Assembly: GCF_008065095.1 (NCBI RefSeq)
Contig: NZ_CP042911.1
Coordinates: 8,250,001-8,282,000, forward strand
From: Gemmata obscuriglobus
GTDB taxonomy: Bacteria; Planctomycetota; Planctomycetia; Gemmatales; Gemmataceae
Length of the DNA stretch: 32,000 bases
Direction: 5' to 3'
Below the pieces are notes generated by a model, which was not told the origin of the DNA, did not search any database, and worked only from the letters and a program-made list of their open reading frames with translations. The position numbers and the translations under genes are program-made. This document shows, one piece after another, positions 1 through 7,978 of the stretch. How positions within the stretch are numbered: position 1 is the stretch's first letter; each line of letters starts with the position of its first letter.

Positions 1-1
1 C

Positions 2-157
2 CAGAAGGACAAGGCGATGTTCCCGGGCGGCACGGACCGGCGCGAGTTCTGGCAGCGGGCCGAGCAGCGGAACATCGCGACCGCCCGGACCTACGACGCG
101 CTCGGGCTGCCCGAGTACTACGCGCTCGAGGCGTTCGTGAAGTGGAACGACGGCTGA
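2..157 (+). CDS. 3' end of a CDS starting upstream of the window; product unknown
   Basis: The frame is open from the window edge to TGA 155-157. The translation QKDKAMFPGGTDRREFWQRAEQRNIATARTYDALGLPEYYALEAFVKWNDG has normal composition, not Arg/Pro/Gly shadow-frame junk. No family recognised. Confidence 0.3.
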   Translation, partial: QKDKAMFPGGTDRREFWQRAEQRNIATARTYDALGLPEYYALEAFVKWNDG

Positions 158-579
158 CGCCGCCGGCCGCCCGTTCCCGGGCGCCGGCTCGCACGGGAAT
201 TGCGGATCAACTCGGGTGCGGGGCCGATCGGCCGACTGGCGGTCGGCCCCACAACATCACGTAACATTTCGCCACCGCTGCTCACCTGCGTGACTCGAAG
301 ACTTCGGCGCGGATGCGCGCCCGTGCCGGAACGAGTGCCGCACCGACGGTCGCGACCTCTTCTGTTCGGTAAAAACCGCCGTCGCCCGATGTGCCGGCGG
401 CACAGGGCCGTCTATCTGGCGATTTTCCTTGCATCCTACCGGCGCCATGGTAATGTGAGCTTCGGGTGTAGGCTCTCCTAGCACGCTCGCACCTTCTTTG
501 CACCGGTGGTTCGGCGGTCCTTTTGACGCGCTCATTGCCGGTGCGTTTTTGCCTTCATTTTCTCAGAGGTCCGTCGCTC

Positions 580-1521
580 ATGCTCTCCCTCTCTCCCCGT
601 TCGCGGCGTGGGTTCACGCTGATCGAACTACTCGTCGTGATCGCGATCATCGCGATCCTCATTGGCCTCCTGCTCCCCGCCGTGCAAAAGGTCCGCGAGG
701 CCGCGGCCCGGATGAAGTGCACGAACAACCTCAAGCAGATGGGGCTGGCCGTTCAGAACCACCACGACACCACCGGGTACCTCCCCCACGGCGGAACGGG
801 CTGGGACCGCGCCCCGGCCTACTCGGCCCCGGGCACCCCGTACGGGCTGAAGGACCAGGGCTGCGGGTGGGGCTTCCACATCCTGCCGTTCCTGGAACAG
901 GACAGCCTGTACAAGGGCGGCGGGACGACGACCGTGGACGCCGCGTCCACGCAGGTGCGCGGGACGCCGGTGAAAGCCTTCTACTGCCCGTCGAAGGCGG
1001 GCTCGAGCCCCCGCGTGTTCAGCGGCGGGTCGTGGTACGGCCCGGGCGGGACGGTGAACTTCGCGCAGAGCGACTACGCCGGCTGCCAGGGCACGAGCAA
1101 CAACGGCGCGATCTCTTACCACGACTGCAAGTGGAGCGGCTGGCCCGCCCCGGCGCCGAACACGTTCACCCCGGCCATGGACATGCTCAACCTGGCCGCG
1201 ATCACGGACGGCACCTCGAACACCATGCTCATCGGCGAGAAGCGGCTGAACTCCGCGGCGCTCGGCGGGTTCCAGGGCGACGACAACGAGGGCTACACCT
1301 CGGGGTGGGACCACGACGTGATCCGCGAAACCGACCGGCTCCCGCTCCCGGACACCAACACGGGCGACGGCAACGGCTGCTTCGGCGGCCCCCACTCCGG
1401 CGGGTTCGTCACCGTCTTCTGCGACGGCTCCGTCAAGCTGATCAGCTACTCCGTGGACATCACCACCTTCAACCGCCTCGGGCAGCGGAACGACGGCCAG
1501 CCCATCACCGGCAACTACTAA
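580..1521 (+). CDS. DUF1559-family protein with prepilin-type N-terminal cleavage/methylation motif and C-terminal H-X9-DG motif
   Basis: ORF 523..1521; preferred start is ATG 580 (MLSLSPRSRRGFTLIELLVVIAIIAILIGLLLPAVQKVREAAARMKCTNNLKQ). It has a pilin-like G/FTLIELL leader, an ITDGTSNT box, and HSGGFVTVFCDGS, which is H-X9-DG. This is the hallmark planctomycete paralog family. Confidence 0.9.
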   Translation: MLSLSPRSRRGFTLIELLVVIAIIAILIGLLLPAVQKVREAAARMKCTNNLKQMGLAVQNHHDTTGYLPHGGTGWDRAPAYSAPGTPYGLKDQGCGWGFHILPFLEQDSLYKGGGTTTVDAASTQVRGTPVKAFYCPSKAGSSPRVFSGGSWYGPGGTVNFAQSDYAGCQGTSNNGAISYHDCKWSGWPAPAPNTFTPAMDMLNLAAITDGTSNTMLIGEKRLNSAALGGFQGDDNEGYTSGWDHDVIRETDRLPLPDTNTGDGNGCFGGPHSGGFVTVFCDGSVKLISYSVDITTFNRLGQRNDGQPITGNY

Positions 1522-1621
1522 CGGCGCGCCGCCCCGCCGCGCGTTCGCCAGTCCGCATGGGCGGGGCCGATGGCTCCGCCCGTGCCGTTTGGCTTTCCAT
1601 CATTTCGTCGGAGCGCTAAGC

Positions 1622-2101
1622 ATGATTCGCCGGATCAGTCCGTTTCAAGCGATTTTGTTCCTCGCCATCTGCGCCGCATCGGGCTGCGGCGGCTCGCAGG
1701 GCAACCGGGACGACTCGCCGCGCGGCGTCGTCAACGGCAAGCTGGTCGATAACAACAAACCGTTCGCGCTGGACGCGTCCAAGGTTCCCGTTCCGAAAGG
1801 CGCCCGGTCGTTGCCCCCCGGGGTCAGTGGCGCGCTTTCGATCGTGTTCATCTCGAGCGACACGAAAGAGTCCTACACCGCCGACGTGAACGCCGACGCG
1901 GGCACGTTCCAGGTGAAAGGGATCGACGGGAAGGGGATTAAAGCCGGGCGCTACCGGATCGCGGTAACGGGGCGGATGGGGATCTCTCCGGACACCCCCG
2001 ATTACTTCGGCGGCAAGTTCACACCGGAGAAAACCCAGATCCTCCGGGACGTGAAGGCTGGAGACGAAGTCGTGATCGACGTCGCCAAGCCGCAGGGGTG
2101 A
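1622..2101 (+). CDS. small lipoprotein, probably co-transcribed with the DUF1559 gene
   Basis: ORF 1589..2101. ATG 1622 gives MIRRISPFQAILFLAICAASGCGG, a signal peptide plus lipobox A-S-G-C. It is on the same strand, 100 bp downstream of the DUF1559 stop. Confidence 0.7.
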   Translation: MIRRISPFQAILFLAICAASGCGGSQGNRDDSPRGVVNGKLVDNNKPFALDASKVPVPKGARSLPPGVSGALSIVFISSDTKESYTADVNADAGTFQVKGIDGKGIKAGRYRIAVTGRMGISPDTPDYFGGKFTPEKTQILRDVKAGDEVVIDVAKPQG

Positions 2102-2313
2102 GCCCTCGACGAGTCGTTTCCAGTTCCGGGGCGCGGGGTTTTGCCCCCGGGAACTGGGAACGACCGGGCCGTTTCGGACTCGGGACAACGCTCTGGGAAC
2201 ACGGGGCGAATGCACGCGACCGCCGCGCGCCCGGCTCGTCCGAAAAGCCGGACACGCCCGCGGCGAACTACTTAGAAAGAGCGCGAACGCACTCCTTCCG
2301 CGGAGCCCGAACC

Positions 2314-2759
2314 GTGTCCACCCCCGCACCCGACCTGCCGCCGATCAAAGAGTACAAGTCGCAGCAGTACGAGTTCAGCGACGAGCACAACCGCGAGATC
2401 TCCGCCCTCGCCGACGCGATGCGCGCCACCTCCAACCTCATGATGCTGGTGGGCTCGCGTTCGTGGCGCTGGCCGCGCTCACGGTCGCGCAGGCGGCACA
2501 GGCGAGCGGCAACTACGGCCCCGCGCTCGGGCTGGGCGCGGCGGCGCTGCTGTGCCTGTGCGTCGGGTTCTGGACCGGCGGGGCCGCGACCTCGTTCCGC
2601 AAGGTCGTGGAGACCCGGAACGAGGACGTTTGGCACCTGATGAAGGCGCTCGGCTCGCTGCGGGCGATGTACAGCTTGCTGCGCACGCTCATCTTCGCAG
2701 CGCTAACGCTGGCCGCGGTCGGGCTCGGGCTGGTCGGCTTCGCGCTGCTCAACAAGTAG
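2314..2759 (+). pseudogene. three-TM membrane protein gene split over two frames (apparent 1-nt frameshift near 2452-2454)
   Basis: The frame from GTG 2314 reads VSTPAPDLPPIKEYKSQQYEFSDEHNREISALADAMRATSNLMMLVG, then becomes Arg-rich junk. The adjacent frame continues seamlessly as LAFVALAALTVAQAAQ...FALLNK to TAG 2757-2759 (ORF-track entry 2463..2759, which would start inside a TM helix). Confidence 0.5.
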
Positions 2760-2826
2760 CGGTTGCGCGCCGCTCACGTCTGGCGGTTGGTCCCCCGGAG
2801 CATCATTCTCACTCCGGGCACGTCAC

Positions 2827-3780
2827 ATGAAGGTCGTTATTCCCGGAGGGTCGGGGCAGGTCGGCACCGTCCTCGCGCGCCACTTTCACGCCAACGGCCA
2901 CGAGGTCGCGGTGCTGAGCCGCGTGCTCCGGCCGGCCCCGTGGAAGGTGCTCCCGTGGGACGCGCGCTCGCCCGGCGCGTGGGGCGCCGAACTCGACGGC
3001 GCGGACGCCGTCATCAACCTCGTCGGGCGGAGCGTGAACTGCCGGTACACGGCCGCGAACCGGCGGGACATCGTCGAATCGCGCGTGCGGTCGGTGCAGT
3101 TGCTCGCGGACGCGGTCGCGCGGTGCGCCCGCCCGCCGCGGGTGTGGCTCCAGGCCAGCACCGCGACCATCTACGCCCACCGGTACGACGCCCCCAACGA
3201 CGAGCAGACCGGCGCGCTCGGCGCCGAACCGGACGCTCCCGACACCTGGAAGTTCAGCTTCGACGTGGCGACCCGGTGGGAGCAGGCCCTGGAAGCCGCG
3301 GACGTGCCGCGCACGCGGAAGGTCGCGATGCGCGCCGCGATCACGCTCAGCCCGGACCGGGGCGGGGTGTTCGACGTGTTGCTGGGGCTGGTGCGCCGCC
3401 GGCTCGGCGGCCGCGCCGGTGACGGCCGGCAGTTCGTGTCCTGGGTTCACGACCACGACTTCATCGCGGCCGTCGAGTTCCTCCTTCGGCGCGAGGACAT
3501 CGCGGGTGCGGTGAACATCGCGGCCCCGCACCCGCTGCCCAACGCGGACTTCATGCGTGCGCTGCGCGCGGCGTGGGGCGCGCGGTTCGGTCTGCCCGCG
3601 GCGCGGTGGATGGTCGAGGTCGGTGCGTGGCTGCTGCGCACGGAATCGGAACTGGTCCTGAAGAGCCGCCGCGTGGTACCCAAGCGGCTGCAGGAGGCCG
3701 GGTTCGCGTTCCGGTTCCCGACCTGGCCCGAGGCCGCCCGCGACCTGTGCGCCCGCTGGCGCGGCGAGCGCGGGGCGTGA
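2827..3780 (+). CDS. TIGR01777/YfcH-type NAD(P)-binding epimerase-family protein (SDR fold)
   Basis: The 317-aa ORF starts MKVVIPGGSGQVGTVLARHFHANGHEVAVLSR (Rossmann GxxGxxG). The length and the C-terminal FRFPTWPEA-type tail are typical of this family. Confidence 0.85.
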   Translation: MKVVIPGGSGQVGTVLARHFHANGHEVAVLSRVLRPAPWKVLPWDARSPGAWGAELDGADAVINLVGRSVNCRYTAANRRDIVESRVRSVQLLADAVARCARPPRVWLQASTATIYAHRYDAPNDEQTGALGAEPDAPDTWKFSFDVATRWEQALEAADVPRTRKVAMRAAITLSPDRGGVFDVLLGLVRRRLGGRAGDGRQFVSWVHDHDFIAAVEFLLRREDIAGAVNIAAPHPLPNADFMRALRAAWGARFGLPAARWMVEVGAWLLRTESELVLKSRRVVPKRLQEAGFAFRFPTWPEAARDLCARWRGERGA

Positions 3781-3946
3781 TCTTCCATTTCATTCGCCCA
3801 GACGCATACGCTTTCAGACAGCAGAGATTGCGACGACGGTTGCAAAAAGGTCCGTTTCGGCACCGCCGTTGGCTCTCCGATTGCACTCTCCTTCGGTACC
3901 AGCGCGGCCCGACCCACGGCCGGCGCGGGACACCGGGAGGGGCAAC

Positions 3947-4471
3947 ATGAAGAAGAGCAACACCGACGGACCGGACGCGGTCACCGTGGTCGGGGTGTTC
4001 CCGGACTACGCGGACGCCCGCGGGGCCGTCGACGCGCTGCGCGCGGCGGGCTACCAAGACGACCAGATCGGCGTGTTCGGGCCGGACGACCCGACAAGCT
4101 GGGAGGAGAACGCCGGGATCGGCGCGGCGGTCGGCGGGGTGGCCGGGTTGGGCCTCGGCGCGGCCCTTGCGGTCGGGCTGATGTCGCCGCTCGGGCCGGT
4201 GGTCGCGGGGGGGATGATCGTGGCGGTGATCGCGGGAGCGAGTGCCGGGGCGGGGCTCGGGACGGTCGTCGGCGCCCTCGTCGGGCTGGGCGTTTCGGAA
4301 GAGGAGGCCCGGCGGTACGCCACCGAACTGGAGGCCGGTCGGGTGGTGGTGACCGTTCGCACGGCGAACACCGCGCTGGCGCGGGACGTCATGAACCGGC
4401 ACGGCGCGTTCCACCGCTCGTCGGCCGACACCGCGATTCCGGGGAACGCGCTGCCGGCCACGCCGTACTGA
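3947..4471 (+). CDS. YflT-like general-stress domain protein with glycine-zipper membrane segment
   Basis: ORF 3869..4471; ATG 3947 is preceded by GGGAGGGG. The N-terminus VVGVFPDYADARGAVDALRAAGYQDDQIGVFG is followed by Gly/Ala zipper helices, then EEEARRYATELEAGRVVVTV. Confidence 0.65.
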   Translation: MKKSNTDGPDAVTVVGVFPDYADARGAVDALRAAGYQDDQIGVFGPDDPTSWEENAGIGAAVGGVAGLGLGAALAVGLMSPLGPVVAGGMIVAVIAGASAGAGLGTVVGALVGLGVSEEEARRYATELEAGRVVVTVRTANTALARDVMNRHGAFHRSSADTAIPGNALPATPY

Positions 4472-4489
4472 CACGGGCGCTTCCGGTCG

Positions 4490-4524
4490 GAGGTTGCGCG
4501 GGGCCCCGTAGCCCGCGCAACCTC
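4490..4524. terminator. 13-bp-stem hairpin between convergent gene ends (candidate bidirectional terminator)
   Basis: GAGGTTGCGCGGG (4490-4502) pairs with CCCGCGCAACCTC (4512-4524) around a 9-nt loop. It lies between stop 4471 (+) and stop 4541 (-). There is no U-tract. Confidence 0.4.
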
Positions 4525-4540
4525 TCGCCGTTTCGTCCCG

Positions 4541-4936
4541 TCACTCCGCCTTGTTCTCGTCGGCCGGCTTCGGGGACAGCGTCCGGTTGACAGTGTCGAG
4601 CAGGCGCTCCATGGCGAACGGCTTGCGGATGTAGTCGACCACGCCCAGGTACTCGGCGTACACCTTGTGGCGGCTCCCCTCGTTGGCGGTGACCATGATG
4701 ATGGGCGGGGCGTCGCCCTTGTCCTTGAAGTGCTCGAGCACCGGGTAGCCGCCCATCCGGGGCATCATCATGTCGAGGATCACGAGGTCCGGGCGCTGGT
4801 TGTAGATCGCCTGCTTGCCCTGGTGCCCGTCGTGCGCCTGGATCACCCGGTAGCCCTGCCGCTCGAGGACGGCGCGCATCGCGTCCACCAGCTCGCGGTC
4901 GTCGTCCACCACCAGAATGAGCTTCTGCTCGGCCAT
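4541..4936 (-). CDS. stand-alone response regulator receiver (CheY-like)
   Basis: MAEQKLILVVDDDRELVD...PDLVILDMMMP...IIMVTANEG...YIRKPF shows the acidic pocket, phospho-acceptor Asp, Thr and Lys signatures. There is no output domain. The start is ATG (complement of 4934-4936). Confidence 0.9.
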   Translation of the reverse strand: MAEQKLILVVDDDRELVDAMRAVLERQGYRVIQAHDGHQGKQAIYNQRPDLVILDMMMPRMGGYPVLEHFKDKGDAPPIIMVTANEGSRHKVYAEYLGVVDYIRKPFAMERLLDTVNRTLSPKPADENKAE

Positions 4937-5223
4937 TGTGCCGGCCCTCAATCAATTGCGGTCGCGTGTCGGTCACCCGTCAGGATACCAACCGCGCCGT
5001 GCGGTCACAAGAAGCCGGCGCGGCGAGAGCGGGCGGCCCCTCCGCGCCGCGCTCTCGCCGCGCGCTCCTGGAGCCGCTCGCGCAGCAGCGAGGCGTCGGC
5101 GTGGGGCCGCCCGGGAGCGGGACCGCGCGGGGGGAACGCACGGGACGAACTCGGGGATGGCGAACGGGGGCGTGCGCCCTTATTATCCTAGTCAGCCGAT
5201 CCGCTTTGCCGTGAGGTTCACCG

Positions 5224-6213
5224 ATGGCCGACGACGACGAGTACCCGCGCAGCCGCTACCGGGACGACCGGGACCGCGACGACGACGACCGCCCGCGCCG
5301 GCGCCGCGACGAGGAGGGCGACGACGACGGGGACCGGCCGCGCCGGCGCCGCGGCGCGGGGGACGACTACGACGACCGCCGGCCGCCAAAAGAAGGGTCG
5401 AGCGGCCTCGCGATGGCCGGCCTGATTCTGGGGCTGCTGTCGTTCTGCACGGCCGGACTGTCCGGCATCCCGGGCGGGATCTGCTCGCTGCTCGCGCTCG
5501 GCAAACCGAACGGGCGCGGGATGGCGATCGGCGGGTTGCTCGCCAGCGGGCTGGGCATCCTCGTGTGGGTCGGCATCGGGATCGGCGCGGTCGCCCTGAT
5601 GAAGCCGATCCGCGAGCGGGTGAAGGACACGCACAACTTGATGCAGCTCGGGCTGGCCGCGCACAACGACCAGGACGCGAACACCGGCTTCGCCGGGCCG
5701 TACGCTCGCAACGGGATGGGGGGGACGAACGACAAGCTGAGCTTCCGCGTCGGGCTGCTGCCGTACCTCGAGCAGAACTCGCTGCACAAGCAGTTCGACC
5801 TGTCGCAGCCGTGGAACAGCCCGAAGAACCAACCCGCCTCGAACACCAAGCTGGCGGTGTTCACCGCCCCGCACCTGTCGGAGCCGTCCGCCAGCACGCC
5901 GTACCGCGTGTTCTACGGCGGCGGCGCGCTGTTCAACGAGGACGGCAAGCCGGTGCCGCTGGTCGCTGTGACGGACGGGACCTCGAACACGATCATGATC
6001 GTCCACGCGGCCGAGCACGTGCCGTGGGCGGAGCCCCGCGAGTTCAGGTACAGCGACCGGACGCCGCTGCCGAAGCTCGGCCCGCCGGACGGGTACGGGG
6101 CGACGGTGCTGATGGCCGACGGGTCGGTGCGGCCGATCAAGCCGAACACGTCCGAGCGGACGCTGCGGAACATGATCACCCGCGCGGGCGGCGAGCCCAT
6201 CATCGACGACTGA
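5224..6213 (+). CDS. DUF1559-like domain protein lacking a prepilin leader; Asp/Arg-rich N-terminus plus two TM helices
   Basis: The ORF is 329 aa. Residues 1-55 are DDRDRDDDDRPRRRR-type low complexity, followed by hydrophobic helices (LAMAGLILGLLSFC..., GLGILVWVGIGIGAVAL). Next comes THNLMQLGLAAHNDQD, LLPYLEQNSL, VTDGTSNTIMIV and LMADGSVRPI, all collinear with the gene at 580-1521. Confidence 0.8.
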   Translation: MADDDEYPRSRYRDDRDRDDDDRPRRRRDEEGDDDGDRPRRRRGAGDDYDDRRPPKEGSSGLAMAGLILGLLSFCTAGLSGIPGGICSLLALGKPNGRGMAIGGLLASGLGILVWVGIGIGAVALMKPIRERVKDTHNLMQLGLAAHNDQDANTGFAGPYARNGMGGTNDKLSFRVGLLPYLEQNSLHKQFDLSQPWNSPKNQPASNTKLAVFTAPHLSEPSASTPYRVFYGGGALFNEDGKPVPLVAVTDGTSNTIMIVHAAEHVPWAEPREFRYSDRTPLPKLGPPDGYGATVLMADGSVRPIKPNTSERTLRNMITRAGGEPIIDD

Positions 6214-6297
6214 CACCGGATTTGATCGAGCGTGCCCGGCAGTGCGCGCCGGGCGTGATACCGGGTTCGGTAGCTTCCTGTTCGTCAGTTGTGTGCG

Positions 6298-6497
6298 CCA
6301 CCTCCGGCGTCAGCAGGCGGGTGGGAGATCGGCGCGTTCCGATCTCCCGGCCGATTGCCAAGACTGCGCGAACGGGAAACTACTGGATTCTGTGTGAGTG
6401 AGCGGTGCGGGTGAGTGCGGGGCCGTGTCGCCCTCGCTCACCCGCACCGCTCGTTTCGTTCGCGCCGCCCCCTCCCACCTGCTGACGCCGGAGGTGG
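6298..6497. repeat. 200-bp nested palindromic element between convergent genes
   Basis: The outer 20-bp perfect inverted repeat is CCACCTCCGGCGTCAGCAGG (6298-6317 / 6478-6497), plus 6 more bp after a 4-nt bulge. There are two inner hairpins: 6323-6348 (10-bp stem) and 6400-6415/6437-6452 (16-bp perfect stem). Confidence 0.8.
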
Positions 6498-6540
6498 TAC
6501 GCACGACCGACGAACCGCCGACCGGCGCCGGGTTGCGGCG

Positions 6541-6738
6541 TTACAGGTAGGTGGAGAGCAGGTACAGCACGAGGCCGATGCCCGCGAGGAACAGCGTGAT
6601 CCGCAGCCCCCACCCGGTGGCCTCGTGGATGATCTTGTCCCAGCGGTCGTGGCGGGTGGCCGCGTACACGAGGCTCACCACCACCAGCAGCACGGGCAGG
6701 TCCCAGTAAATGCTGACGGCCAGAAGCGGAAGGTTCAC
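6541..6738 (-). CDS. small two-TM membrane protein
   Basis: The 65-aa ORF reads MNLPLLAVSIYWDLPVLLVVVSLVYAATRHDRWDKIIHEATGWGLRITLFLAGIGLVLYLLSTYL. Its GTG start overlaps the upstream gene's stop (GTGA, 6735-6738), which suggests translational coupling. Confidence 0.6.
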   Translation of the reverse strand: MNLPLLAVSIYWDLPVLLVVVSLVYAATRHDRWDKIIHEATGWGLRITLFLAGIGLVLYLLSTYL

Positions 6739-7421
6739 GGCGCGCCTCCTTCGTTAGCCGGAGCGGTGACCGGGGCCGGGGCGGCAACCGGTGGAGCGGG
6801 CGGCACCGGGGGCGCGACCTGCGCTGCGACCGTTTCGCCCTCGTGCGCGGCGGCCGCTTCGCCGTGGTGCGACGCCCAGTCCGGGGGCGGTTCGCGGAAC
6901 ATCGGCCCCGCGAACGCGTCGTAGATCACCAGCAGGTTCAGCACGCCGGCGATCACGGTGTACACCCAGCCCAGGTCCCAGCGCTTGTTGCCGTTCCGCT
7001 GGAGGTCGTTCAGCTCCCGCTCGTCGGGCATGCGCTGGAACTTGCCGAACACGGGGCCGACGTCCTTGGTCTTGTCGAACACCGCGTACTGGTACACGCC
7101 GGGCCACGCGGCCGCGCCGATCCAGACCTGGCCGAGGAACTGCCACCGGTGCGAGATCGCCTTCGCCGGGCCGGGCATGCTGGTCCCGAGGAACTGCACG
7201 TCCGGCAGGTCCTCGGTGTCGGGCAGCCACACGTTGCGCCAGTTGCCCATCCACATGCCGTAGAAGAACAGCAGGTACAGCCCGCCGAAGAAGAGCAGCC
7301 CCTTCCCCACCCGCCCCTGGTAGATTTGGCCCAGCCCCGGGACGAGGTAGCTCAGCCCGCCGGCGAGAACATCAAGTTTGATCGGCGGGAGCGGCGGGTC
7401 GTTGGTCGGCGAAGACGCCAT
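6735..7421 (-). CDS. conserved membrane protein, function unknown (Pro-rich C-terminal tail)
   Basis: ORF 6735..7637; the plausible start is ATG at 7419-7421 (MASSPTNDPPLPPIKLDVLAGGLSYLVPGLGQIYQGRVGKGLLFFGGLYLLFFYG...). It has several TM helices. The upstream part of the ORF is Arg/Pro junk. Confidence 0.75.
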   Translation of the reverse strand: MASSPTNDPPLPPIKLDVLAGGLSYLVPGLGQIYQGRVGKGLLFFGGLYLLFFYGMWMGNWRNVWLPDTEDLPDVQFLGTSMPGPAKAISHRWQFLGQVWIGAAAWPGVYQYAVFDKTKDVGPVFGKFQRMPDERELNDLQRNGNKRWDLGWVYTVIAGVLNLLVIYDAFAGPMFREPPPDWASHHGEAAAAHEGETVAAQVAPPVPPAPPVAAPAPVTAPANEGGAP

Positions 7422-7978
7422 CAGCGGGCCTCGGCGGAGTGGCTCCGGGCAAGCGACACGGTCCGCAAGGACCGGCGGCCCTTTTCGGTGTTCGCCGGCG
7501 ACCGGGTCGCCTTGTCGATTCTCAAGATTATATGATCCGCCCGACCCGGGCCAATATGGGCGAGCGGGCGGCGGGCGCCCTCTGCGGTGACACGGCGGTA
7601 GCCACCGCAGCCCGTGACCGAGCGGCAGCGGGGTCACAGCCGCCGCGATGTAAAGCCAAATTGTGAATCAGGATCGGTCGAAGTTGCGGGAAGATTCATT
7701 CCAACATTGATCGTTCACGCGGTCCGCGAGGTCGTCCGCGGAAATCTCCGACGATTCGTCGAACTCCGTTCGGCAAAATTGTCATCAGGTCGGGCTGCTG
7801 GAGTTTCTTGCAGATTCGGTCATGCGCTGCGGCCCGGTCCTCTCGCGCCGAACGTACCCACCCGGCACCGCGGATGCGCCCTTCGGATCGCGGCAGTGAG
7901 CGAGCTGCTCGCCGCTGCCGCGCCCTGTAGTCGGAAGGGCGACCGGGTCACTCACCAACACGTGACTCGACCAACGGA

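Noticed and set aside
498-1619. Long alternative-frame and antisense ORFs over real genes. Examples: 498..1619 (+), 628..1395 (-), 3551..4474 (-), 4917..6401 (+), 5218..6216 (-), 8726..10015 (+), 15415..16986 (+), 17814..20426 (+), 18091..19041 (-), 23565..25949 (+), 23776..25320 (+), 26911..29151 (-), 27147..28457 (+), 30944..31756 (+).
   Set aside because: Their translations are Arg/Pro/Gly/Ala-dominated low complexity, typical of stop-poor shadow frames in GC-rich DNA. Each overlaps a gene with clear family signatures in another frame.
5236-5390. GAC/CGC-rich repetitive DNA at the 5' end of the 5224-6213 gene.
   Set aside because: It is coding low complexity (DDRDRDDDDRPRRRR...) in frame with the downstream TM and DUF1559-like domains, not a separate repeat element.
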